Both the position numbers and the translations under genes were made by a program. A DNA stretch of 64,000 nt from the NCBI GenBank assembly GCA_043228905.1, contig JBHGNT010000021.1:9548001-9612000 (forward strand). The letters run 5' to 3'. The stretch comes from Azolla caroliniana (Eukaryota > Plantae > Polypodiophyta). The notes below the pieces were generated by a model. It worked only from the letters and a program-made list of their open reading frames with translations, made no database searches and was not told where the DNA came from. Shown here in pieces: positions 37,482-47,991 of this stretch (position 1 is the first letter of the stretch; each line of letters begins with the position of its first letter).

Positions 37482-40400
37482 CTGACTTCCCCCTTTTGTT
37501 TCCTTCGTCCTTGCTGAAAGGGCCGATTTTGGTTAGTGGCCACCTTGCCATCCTGATACCACCATGCCCACTCATTCTCTCTTCTCGCATCGTCGGTTCC
37601 CGTTTCCTACCACCACCATCCTTCTCACTCGGTCTCACATTGCCATGTCGGCTTGAACTGCTAGTGTCTCCAGATCGGTGTGAGGATCCCATAGGACCGT
37701 CCTATCGCTGCCTTTGCCCTCGTCCCCTCACCGCCATCGTCAATCTCTTGGTCTTACGTCGGCTCCGTTGTCGACTACCAAAGTCTCTAGCCCGGTGTGG
37801 AGGATCCTCCTTGGGCCTCTCGTCATTCCCGACCCTATCCCAGGTCGTCCTTTTCCGCATGTCGAGAGGGCGTTTTGCTCTGCACCCTCTCCCGTGGCAC
37901 CGATGTACCGTGTTCCGGCCTCTTCATAGGCTTGTTTCCTCCTCCCTTTCGGATCGGTTATCCGGAAGTCCATTCCACCCGGTTCTCGTCCGGGTCTGCC
38001 TGTCACTCTACAGTGACCCATAGGACCGGTCTTCTTTCCCCCTCTTCCGTGTACTTCTCTTCGAACTCGTCGTCGACCTCCTTGTTGTGCTTCTGCCTTC
38101 ATCTCCCATCTCTCTAGGTCTCGAGCTGGCTGCCGGAGTCTTTGGATGAGATGTGGGGATATCGATTCCGAAACGACCCTTGACGACTCATCCGAGGCCA
38201 CCGACCCTTCTAGTGGCATCGGTGTAAAGCATCCACTCTATGATCGATCAAGCCCCGCCTGGGCTTGATTCTCCAACGTTCGGAGTTTCGGCTCCGATGT
38301 CGATCCCGCCAGACTTGTTCCATACCCTCGATCATCTTCTTCCTGATTCCCAACCTTCGCCCGGTCGGTCTTTCTCCCCATGTAAAAGAGGGCGGCTCAT
38401 CCCACACCCTCTCCCGTATCGGCACCTTCATACCGAACCTTGCCCCTGTCGAACGATCCACATCCGGATCATGCTCCACCTAAATTGGAACGCCGACCAA
38501 TTCGATCCCTGGTCGGGTTGTCTTTCGATTCCACTCCCTTCGGCGCCGCCTCTCATTTCCTCTTTCTTCTTTGCCGCGGCTCCGTCCTCGACCTCCTTGC
38601 AGGCCGTTTTCCATCCATCTTCACTGGCATCATGCCAGAACTCCTTGTTGGCGCCTTCCATCTCTCTGGTGCTATGTCGGCACACGGGCTTGGCTGTAGG
38701 AGTCTCCGGAATCCGCGTGGAGGGCTCTTCTCTGCTCTCGACCTCCTCCTTGGTTGGTCTTTCTTCGCAAGTCAAGAGGCGTCTCGCTCCACACCCTCTC
38801 CCATGGTACTGCCATACCATTCTTCAGCCTCTGCCTGGGCCATGTCCGCCTTGTTCGGAAGGCCGACTAGCTCCGAGTCTTCGGAATCCGTCTGTGTGCC
38901 GGATCTCTCTTCTTCTTCAACCATCACCTTTAGAGCCTCGTACACTTCCCGGACCAAGGCTTCGACATGGAGCTTCGCCGATCCTTCTTGTTGCGTGCCT
39001 GCTTCCTACCATGATGACACGTCGTCGCGCGTTATCTTTCTTTTGCCTTTCGTGGACTGCGCCTACATACTTGTTCGACTTCTGACTAGTCCTTGGTAAG
39101 GCCATTCGCTCCGTCATCGTCTTCGAGCTCAATCCCGATGGCCTCCCGTTTCGCTTGGTCGATTGACCTAACGAACAACAGGACTTTGTCCACCCCCACC
39201 AGACTTTTCTCCCGCTCCAGGAGTCGAGCAAGCTGCCGCTCGAACTCTCGGAACGCCTTCGTCGTGCCCCAGTGGGTCTTCGCCGAAGCAACCCACTGGT
39301 CGAAGTCGCGTCGTCCCCGGCTCTTCCGATGTCCTCCGTATGCCTGCAAGAGCGCCTCTTCGAAGGCCTCCCATGAACTATGAGCTTCTCGGAGCTCCTT
39401 TACTTCTGCGTGCATACGGACGGCAACGACCCGACAGAAGAACTCCAACCTCAACGCCTCATCTACGCTTCACACCTCCATTTCTGCGTTGTAGGCTTCC
39501 AAGTAGAATGGGGCTTTGTCCCCGTTGAAACGGACGACTCTTTCGACCACTCGCTCAATAGCTCATTGCACTACTTCTCGCCTTACCACCACTCGTCTGA
39601 ACTCCAACACCACTTCAGCCACCATCTCCGCAAAGTCATCGTCTTCCGACTCCATCCTCCCTTACCTCCCTTTCATGTCGGGTTCACCAAAGATGTCGCA
39701 GTAATCCGCAAGTACGTGTCGAAAGGGGGCGGGACCACGGGGGCCTTAGACAAGGAAGAGATGGATGTCGAGAACCGGCTGCACCGGTTGTGGCGCAAAC
39801 CGAAGCGATTCTGGACACGTACCAGCGGCTACCAAACACGAGAGAAGGAGAGAGAGAGACCACGTGCGCAACACCGACTCAACACACGCCTCTTATGTAC
39901 AGGAAACATTTGTTTTTCAAGGGAAAGAAATGCACCCTACACCAACAGAGACACAAATATGCACAACCTTTTATATATATAATTACAAGAGCAAGATACA
40001 ACTCCGGCTTCGAGCCGGACCAAGGTAGGTTAGGTTACAACAGCAGTCCGTTGCCAAGCCGCCGATCAGGGAGCTCTCGGGCTCATCACGCCAAGTGGGC
40101 TCATCACACCTAAACCCCTTTAGACATACGAGCTCCTAACCGGACTAAACCCTAAACAGACACGAAGACTCAACCCACACGACGACGACGACGAAGAAGA
40201 AGAAGAAGAAGAAGAAGAAGTCAAAGGACCCTAACAGGAAACAAGAAAGTAAGAAGAAGAAGAACTAACACGCCTTCGACCTAAGTGGTATACCCTCCTA
40301 ACTCAAAATGGGCAACCCCTCTACAAAGGGCGCTCCCTTCTCTTTATAGAACAAGGAGAGGGATGCGTTACAATGTGGGATAAATCTCGATTTACAAGGG

Positions 40401-41396
40401 ATTCTCTGTCCCGACTTAACTCCTAGCTGGCGCCATAAAGGCACCCCTATCACCTACACCATTTGTACAAGGGTGAGTGCACATGCTCCACCCTGACGAT
40501 TCTTCCGATATTCGCCGGTTTCTCACCATGGCTCGGAATCTTCACGACAACGCTCTCGAATGAAGTGATAGTGCACTTCGATATGCTTCGTGCGTGCGTG
40601 GAAAACCAGGTTCCGAGCCAAATGAATACTGACCATGTTGTCGCAGTTAAGGGGAATCAGATCTTTGATGGGAACGCCCATATCCTTCAAAATCCTCTTG
40701 AGCCATACGACTTCACATGCAACTACGGGTTGCGCCCTTGTATTCAGCCTCCGTACTCGAAAGTGCAACGGTAGGCTGCTTCTTAGTACTCCAAGATATA
40801 ACTATGTTGCTAAGGGAGAAGACAAAGCCAGAGGTTGATCGTCGATCGGCTTTGTAACATGCCCAGGCGGCATCCGTGTACCCTTTGAGCCGAATTGGTG
40901 TGGCTGATGCGTAGAGAATTCCATAATCCATTGTGTCGCTCACGTATCATAATACTCCTTTAGCATAATCGAAATGGATATCTCACGGAGTTTGGATGAA
41001 ATTGGTAAGGATCCCTACTGGATAGCTAAGGTCGGGTCGAGTGATCATGAGATAGATGAGGCTCCCGATTAGTTGACGATATTGAGTTGTCTCGCACTCT
41101 TCCGTGCCGGAGTTGGCATCCAATTTGAGGTTTCAATTGAGAGGAGTTGCCACAAATTTACACTCAGTCATCCCGAACTTGTATAATAAGTTCAGGATGT
41201 AGTGCCTATCGAATACGAGTGTATAATGGCCGTATTCACACTGTCCCTTTGGACAGCCCAAGTTCGGGCTATTTCTGTAAATAGCATAAAGGGTAGTTGC
41301 CCTAGGATAGTCACTATATAAAGTGACTTTGTAACCTTTAGAAAAGGTTGGTTGTCATTTGTAACTGTTGCTATTGGAATATACTTTTATTTTGTG

Positions 41397-41438
<42 letters not shown>

Positions 41439-44400
41439 TGTCAATCTTGCTCGCGCATACATAGGTTATTCTTCATCACAAATGTTGCTTGCACTTCCGC
41501 ATTGACGGCCTTGTCCCCAACATTTGGTATCAGAGCCAGGTTCTTCAACCCGCTGCCGGCCGTCATCGCACAACACAACACTCTGTTTTCGTTTTCTTTG
41601 AAGAGTAGAGAAGGGAGAAGAAAATAAGACAAGAGCTCGCGTCTCACTGTGTTAAATCACAAATTGGAGTAAGCCAGTTGGTTGTTCTCTATTCCTGTGA
41701 TTGTAACTACTTGAGGAGAGCTCCTTGAGCAACAACCGACCCAATCGTGCTTCGTTCGGTTAAACAACATCCAAATAGGTCATCGGACGCTATTCACCCG
41801 CTTACTGTAACCGCCCGTTGCAGATTGGTCTCCCGGCAACAACCACTTCCTGCTTCACTCGGCTGATCGACATTCGGGAGGATCAGTTGGATCCGTCCCT
41901 CTCATTGTTGCAGTCATCCGAAGCAAAATCGGCCCAAACAATCGGTTTCGCGTAATCAGTATTCGGCATACAATCGGAAGCTAACCGGGCTCACTTTGAC
42001 TCGACAACATTCGGGAAGACCAACCGGTTCTGTCCCTCTAGTTACCGGAGTCACTCCGAGCAAGTTCAACAACAAATATCCGAAACCAAACCGACTCGGG
42101 TTCAAAACCGACTAGAACGATATCAGGTGAGCCGACCGACTGCACCCCACCAAGGTTCGTAGTCAACTCCGAACCGAGTCTTACAAACCAAAACCGAAGC
42201 AGATGGCCTCAACATCCGGCTCATCGGAGATGAGTCTAAGGAGGTTCAACGGTTTGAACTTCAACTTCTGGAAGGAACAAATGCAGGACTATCTCATAGT
42301 CAAGGGTCAGATAGACCCGATTGAGAATGAAAATCCTCCAGAAGCATACAAGGCAAACGAGTGGCTAAAGCTGGACAGAATCGTCTGCACCACGATTCGG
42401 ATGCACTTGTCGGAGTCAGTGCACTTCACAGTGCAATCATGCATGACAACGTTTGAACTTTGGAAAACATTGTCGGAAACTTATGAAAAGAAGGTTGCCG
42501 CAACGAAGATGTATCTGATCCGGCGCCTCGACAACCTGCGGATGAAAGAATCCAATTCGGTTCAGGCACACCTCAACGAGTACGAAAGCATAAGCTCCCA
42601 AATCTCGTCTCAGGGGACGGCAATTGAGGATGAGCTCAAAGCAATGATACTCATGAGTAGTCTCCCCTCTTCATGGGAAACTTTCGTCACAACCATGTGC
42701 AATGCTTCAACAGCTGCCGTTAAGTACTCCGAAGTCATGAGCGCAATCCTGACTGAAGCAGCTCGGAGAAAGTCTTTCGCCAAAGACTCGACAGATGAAG
42801 CTTACGTAGTACAAGGTTCGACCGACCGATCGAACAACCGGGGAAGAAGTTCTTCCCGACCGTCGAACAATCAACAAAGCCAGAGCAAGTCCTGGGACAA
42901 CCGAATCTGCAACTATAACCGGGACACATCAAAGTCGACTGCCGGGCACTCAAAGCAAAAACCGACAAAGCTCAGAGAGCGGATCAGAAGAGTAGCTGGC
43001 ATGAGGAGGTCAACTACGTCGGCTCTTCAGCCGAAATTTTGACAACTGACCCGAACATACTGTCCATAGAGAACCCAGTTGAATCAGACGTTCTGATTAC
43101 GACTGAGGAATCGAGCACATGGCTCCTAGACTCGGGCGCATCGTATCATGTGACACCTCACCGATCTTAGTTTCAACAATACTCGAACTGGCACTCCGAC
43201 TCAGTTCGAGTCGGAAACTCGCAGCACTGTGCTATAATTGGAATCGGCATCGTAGAGCTCAATCTTCCGGGAGGCTCCACACTCGTACTACACAACGTCC
43301 GACACATTCTTGAGCTCTCAAGACCCCTGATCTCTGTCAGACAACTTGACGAAGCCGACATCCGTGCCAGATTCTCATTAGGAGGGTGGACACTCCACAA
43401 AGGGAACCTCCTGCTTGCTCGAGGACCAAAGGTACATTCCTTGTTTCCTTTATATGTCACACTCAAAGAGGGTGACGTATTTTTGGTTGATATCCCCGTG
43501 TCATCGTTATGGCACGAACGACTTGGACACCTCAGCAAGGCCGGCATAACGCACCTATCCAGAGTTGGTTACATCCCCAAGCTCTCCTTCTCGGATCACC
43601 AATTCTGCGAGCATTGCTAGTACGGTGTCGAGATATTACGCAAGTGCGTGTGGAATAGAGGCGGGACCGCGGGGGTCTCGAACCAAAGAGCAAGCGAGGG
43701 AGGAGAAAGAGAGAGAACCGGCTACGCAGGACCGGGGATACGCAGGGACACGGCCCTTCAGCACGGAGAACGCGAACAGACACCGACACAGACGGATGCG
43801 AATGACTAAATATGTGTATTAACAAAATGGCTAACACGACTACAACCCCCGATGGGGCACAGGTTGGTTGCAACCGAACAGGCCGGCGAACAGATGCCGA
43901 TGCCTGTTCGCTTCGACGCACAAACGGGGAAATGGGGGGGGGGTAGCAGGTCGGAGGTGCTGCCGGAAGCACTCGGGCGTTCCTCGAAACAGCGCGAGCC
44001 TCCCCGGAACCCTGCACAGAAAGCTTTGGAGCTCAAGAAGGAAGGAAACAGAGGGAGCGAAGCGTCCAGAAACGGTCCGACAGCACTTCGTCCTCTCCGC
44101 GCCAGATCCCTGCAACAGCTCTTTCCCGCTCCTTATATAGGCCGACGAACAGGCCGTCGTGTCAGCTTTATTCCCTGTCCCTTTTGGACAGGGATCCGCT
44201 CCGTTTTTCACGGATCCGCGTAGTTACGCCGCCGACTCGTACAGTTCGCACGCGCGACCGAAAAGACTGTTCGCGCGGTCTTTGTCTCCACTTGAGTTAG
44301 GGCCCGTTCCTGCCGATTATCCTCTCAATTCGTTTCTATGTACAACTCGGAGCGTGCGCGCGTGAAGAACCGGTTCCCACGCCTTGGTGCGCCGATTCCG

Positions 44401-44496
44401 CCTATGGACGGTTTTCTTCACGACATCCGCCCCCACCTAACCGCGCATCCTCCGGTATGCGCCAAGAGAGTTGGGACGGAGAAAACCGGCCCGTCT

Positions 44497-47400
44497 TCAT
44501 TCCTCGCCCGTCGGTTCTTCTTCATTTTCGGATCGTTCGTCACTGCCGACCAGGAGAGCCGGGTCTGGCTCGTCGTCGTGTCGCTTCTTGAACGCTTTGA
44601 TCCGCTTCCCTGCAACCGGTATCGCCATTCTCGTGCCGTCAAGTTCCGCCAGGTGATATGTCCCGTTGTCATTGGCGCTCCGTACCACGTAAGGCCCGAA
44701 CCACCTTCGTGCGAACTTCCGTGTGGCTCGGTGCTGGTTGTCGAGGCTGCTGTCGTAGACGAGCACCCAGTCACCTTCTTCGATTTTCTTCGGTCGTAGC
44801 CGGTGCGTTCGGTCGAACCGGGCTTTGTTCTTTGTCCTCGCCACCCGGAGCTTCTCCGTAGCCAGTGCCACGTCCTCCGGCCTCCGCTCGAGCTGTCGTA
44901 TACGTGCGACCAGCAACTCCTCCCGGCTCATCTCGTCCCTCCAGTCGACCGTTGCCCACGAGGAGATCGTCCGTTCAATCGGCATGATCGGCGTCTGGCC
45001 GAACATGAGCTCCGTCGGCATGTACCCGGTTACCGAACTGTGCGTGGTCCGGTCTGCCCACAAAGCATAAGGTAGCAGCCGCGGCCAGTCACCGGCTCGG
45101 CCTCCGCATGCCCGAACCAACGCCTTGACGATCGGTCCGTGTCCGCGCTCCACCTTCCCATTCGCCTCCGGATTGTACGCAGTGGTGAGCGAGAGCTTGA
45201 CTCCAAGCCGGTCGAACAGCTCCGCGGCCTCTTCGGCGTCCAACTCCCCTCGGTCAGCCACGATCTTCCCGACGCACCCGTACCGGCATATCACGTCCTC
45301 GATTAGGAACCGGCATACGGCCGCGGTCGTTTTGTTTGGAAGGGCCCGGCCTTCCACTTGGTTCGTCAGATCCTCCCGCGCTAGGACCAGATACCGCATC
45401 TGTCCTACCCCCATCGGCATCGTCACCAGATCTACCATCCATTTGAAGTGGATAGTCGGAGGGTACGTAGGGTGAAGCCCGTCCCGGTGTCGGACTACCG
45501 AGTGCATCTGACAACTCTCGCAAGTTGACACGAACCGATGCACGTCCCGGTACAATCCCGGCCACCAGTACTTCCCCTTCAGCTTCTCAAACGTCGCCCA
45601 CGTTCCACGGTGTCCAGCCCAAGGGCTGTCGTGGTAGGCCGCCAGTAGCTCCTCCTGTACCTCCTTCATCGCCACCACCCGGAGCGGGACGCCGTCCCTC
45701 TTCTTCGGGTGCTTCCATAGATGCCCATCTCGGAGAAAGAATCGATATGCTTTCTTCCGGATCCGGTTGGCCTCGTCCTTTGTCCATGACGCATCGGGCG
45801 TCATTGTCTTCAAAAACCCGCCGATCTGCAGCCACTCCCCGTCGTACTTGCTCGCGTCGAACTCGTTAAGCGCCGGAGTGCTCACCCCGTCGGTCGTTAT
45901 GTATGCCGCCTCGAAGAAATCCACGCCGACTTCTTCGTCTTCCGAAACCATGCCGCCCTCGTCGTCGAACCTCGCCCTCGAAAGCATGTCGGCCATGGCG
46001 TTGTCTTTCCCGGAAATGTGTCGTATTTCCGGGTCCAGGGACTTGATGTACGCTATCCACCTGAGCATCGCCAGGTCCGGAGTCGCGCATCCGGAAACCA
46101 TACCGAGAATCGGCAGGCAATCCGTCTCGATGATCACTTCCGTCCCTATCAGGTAGTCTTTGTCGGCCTTAACCGCCGAAACAATACCCCAGAGTTCGCG
46201 TTTAACCTGGGCGTACCCTCGCTGCCGTTCACTGAGGACTTTCGCGCCGAATCGGATCGGAAACCGATTGCCGTCCTCGTCTTCCTGGTTCACGACCCAT
46301 CCGATCCCGGTCGGACTGGTATCCACCGTTATGAATACCGGGGTACCCTTCCCGTAAACCGCCTTCCGGAGTGCCGGTGCCGCTGCAAGGGCCTCTTTCA
46401 GCTTCCGGACCGATTCCGCGTGCTTGTCTAGCCATTCGAACCTTCGCCCCTTTTTCAGCAACCCGTACAGTGGCTCCGCGACGTGTGCGTAATGCGGGAT
46501 CCATACGTGGTAGAACGCGCATGCCCCCAGGAATCTCCGTACTTCCGTGACCGAGCTGCAGTCGGGCTTCATCGCGGAGATGGCTTCTACCTTCGCCGGA
46601 GACGGTTTCCGGCCATATGGTCCGCACAGGTGTCCGACCACCATGATTTCTGACTGCCCGAAGGCCGACTTCTCCCCGGAGAAGGTGAGCCTCGCATCCT
46701 CTAGCCTTTGCAGCACCTTCTCGCAGTCGTCGACGTGCGTCGCCACGAATCGCCGGCATCCGTCCGGCCCGATCGTCTCGTCCTTTTCTTCCACCGGGCA
46801 TCCCTTGATCGGGATGTCGTCCAGAAACGGCATGGTAATGTCCGGGACACAGTCCCTCAGAACCTTGTTCATCGCATTCACCATGTGGGCCACCGAGTTG
46901 GTCCCTCCTTGCGGCAGTGTACACATCCGAACTAGGCCGAGGGGAGTTCGCATCGTCGTAAGGTCTCTGCTCTCCACGGCCAGCTGGAACTGGTCGTACC
47001 CTGAGTATAGATCCCCGACCGAGTAAATTGACCTTCCGGCGAAGGCCTCCGCGAACTCGTCTATGGTCGGTCCGATTCCTGCGTTCCGAATGGTCACTCG
47101 ATTGACCGGCTGCAGGTCCTGGATGAAGCGCAGCGAACCGTTTTTCTTCGGTACGGTAAACCATCGATTCGAATATGGGGCGCTCGACGGCTCGAGAATT
47201 CCCATATCAACCTTCTGCCTCAGCAGCTCCATCAACTTCGGGATGTGAGCTCTCGGAACCGGGATTGGCTTGAGATTCCATGGTACATGCGGTACCGTGA
47301 ATATCACCATCGGCTCCACGATCGTCGGGTCAACGCACCCGATTTCCTCCGGCGAGAATGCGAAGGCTTTCCCGTGCCTTCCGAGCATTCTCCGAAACCG

Positions 47401-47991
47401 GTCTTCCTCCGCCGGCAGTAGGAACCCGCCCCCACCGATTTTGAGCTCTCGGAGCGTCTCGTCAGTGAAGGTGTGCCCTATGCAGGCCGGATCTCGTAGA
47501 CTAGGGTCTGATGCAACCCCTTTGATTCTCGACGCGCTGTCCTCCGGTAAGGGTGCCGCTACTGGCCTTACCTTCCGGTCCACAGTCTTGTACTTGGTGT
47601 TTACGTGGGCCGTCCGAACTGACTCGAGCCCTCGACCGAAGTCCGCGATGACTTCGTACATCTCCTCGGAACACACCGGTATCGTCCGGTCGTCGTTAAG
47701 GCCTTCTTCGACTACCTTTCCCAGCATTCCCAAGGTGTCGTCGAATGAGACCGCCTCCACGGCTCCGTTGATTTCCTCGTCCGGGCCGAGAACTCCGCAC
47801 GCTCGAAGTCTCGCCTCCGTCTTTGTTTTCTCTCGGCCGGCGATGCCGACCATCGCACACGCTCCGTTGTCGGAGAACAAAAATTCCCTACCTATGGTAC
47901 AAGGTTTCTTTGGTTTTATCGTACAGGTGTGGGGTTTTCCCGGGGTGTCCGGACTGTCGCGGCCCCACGCCTTGGCAGCCCTCTCTAAAAA
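44497..47991 (-). CDS. Gypsy H Pol (RT-RNaseH-INT), in the -1 frame relative to gag-pro
   Basis: Frame is open from the GGATTTTTAG overlap to the stop at 44497. DLYSGY, LPQG, FLDD; RH VDTS, ETDC, ADMLSR; INT HHCC, VDL/ADRG/VER; GPY motif; no chromodomain. Confidence 0.92.
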   Translation of the reverse strand, partial: FLERAAKAWGRDSPDTPGKPHTCTIKPKKPCTIGREFLFSDNGACAMVGIAGREKTKTEARLRACGVLGPDEEINGAVEAVSFDDTLGMLGKVVEEGLNDDRTIPVCSEEMYEVIADFGRGLESVRTAHVNTKYKTVDRKVRPVAAPLPEDSASRIKGVASDPSLRDPACIGHTFTDETLRELKIGGGGFLLPAEEDRFRRMLGRHGKAFAFSPEEIGCVDPTIVEPMVIFTVPHVPWNLKPIPVPRAHIPKLMELLRQKVDMGILEPSSAPYSNRWFTVPKKNGSLRFIQDLQPVNRVTIRNAGIGPTIDEFAEAFAGRSIYSVGDLYSGYDQFQLAVESRDLTTMRTPLGLVRMCTLPQGGTNSVAHMVNAMNKVLRDCVPDITMPFLDDIPIKGCPVEEKDETIGPDGCRRFVATHVDDCEKVLQRLEDARLTFSGEKSAFGQSEIMVVGHLCGPYGRKPSPAKVEAISAMKPDCSSVTEVRRFLGACAFYHVWIPHYAHVAEPLYGLLKKGRRFEWLDKHAESVRKLKEALAAAPALRKAVYGKGTPVFITVDTSPTGIGWVVNQEDEDGNRFPIRFGAKVLSERQRGYAQVKRELWGIVSAVKADKDYLIGTEVIIETDCLPILGMVSGCATPDLAMLRWIAYIKSLDPEIRHISGKDNAMADMLSRARFDDEGGMVSEDEEVGVDFFEAAYITTDGVSTPALNEFDASKYDGEWLQIGGFLKTMTPDASWTKDEANRIRKKAYRFFLRDGHLWKHPKKRDGVPLRVVAMKEVQEELLAAYHDSPWAGHRGTWATFEKLKGKYWWPGLYRDVHRFVSTCESCQMHSVVRHRDGLHPTYPPTIHFKWMVDLVTMPMGVGQMRYLVLAREDLTNQVEGRALPNKTTAAVCRFLIEDVICRYGCVGKIVADRGELDAEEAAELFDRLGVKLSLTTAYNPEANGKVERGHGPIVKALVRACGGRAGDWPRLLPYALWADRTTHSSVTGYMPTELMFGQTPIMPIERTISSWATVDWRDEMSREELLVARIRQLERRPEDVALATEKLRVARTKNKARFDRTHRLRPKKIEEGDWVLVYDSSLDNQHRATRKFARRWFGPYVVRSANDNGTYHLAELDGTRMAIPVAGKRIKAFKKRHDDEPDPALLVGSDERSENEEEPTGEE

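Larger units (their letters stand above)
30047..40549 (-). mobile_element. Gypsy F: non-autonomous gag-only LTR element (LTRs 30047-30929 and 39694-40549), hosting Copia E
   Basis: Direct repeats of about 860-880 bp starting TGTCGTGAAGAT on the element strand. tRNA-Trp PBS at 39672-39689. PPT GGTGGGGGCGAA at 30930-30941. Gag N-terminus homologous to H from ATG 39655. No PR/RT/INT motifs recognised. Confidence 0.85.
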
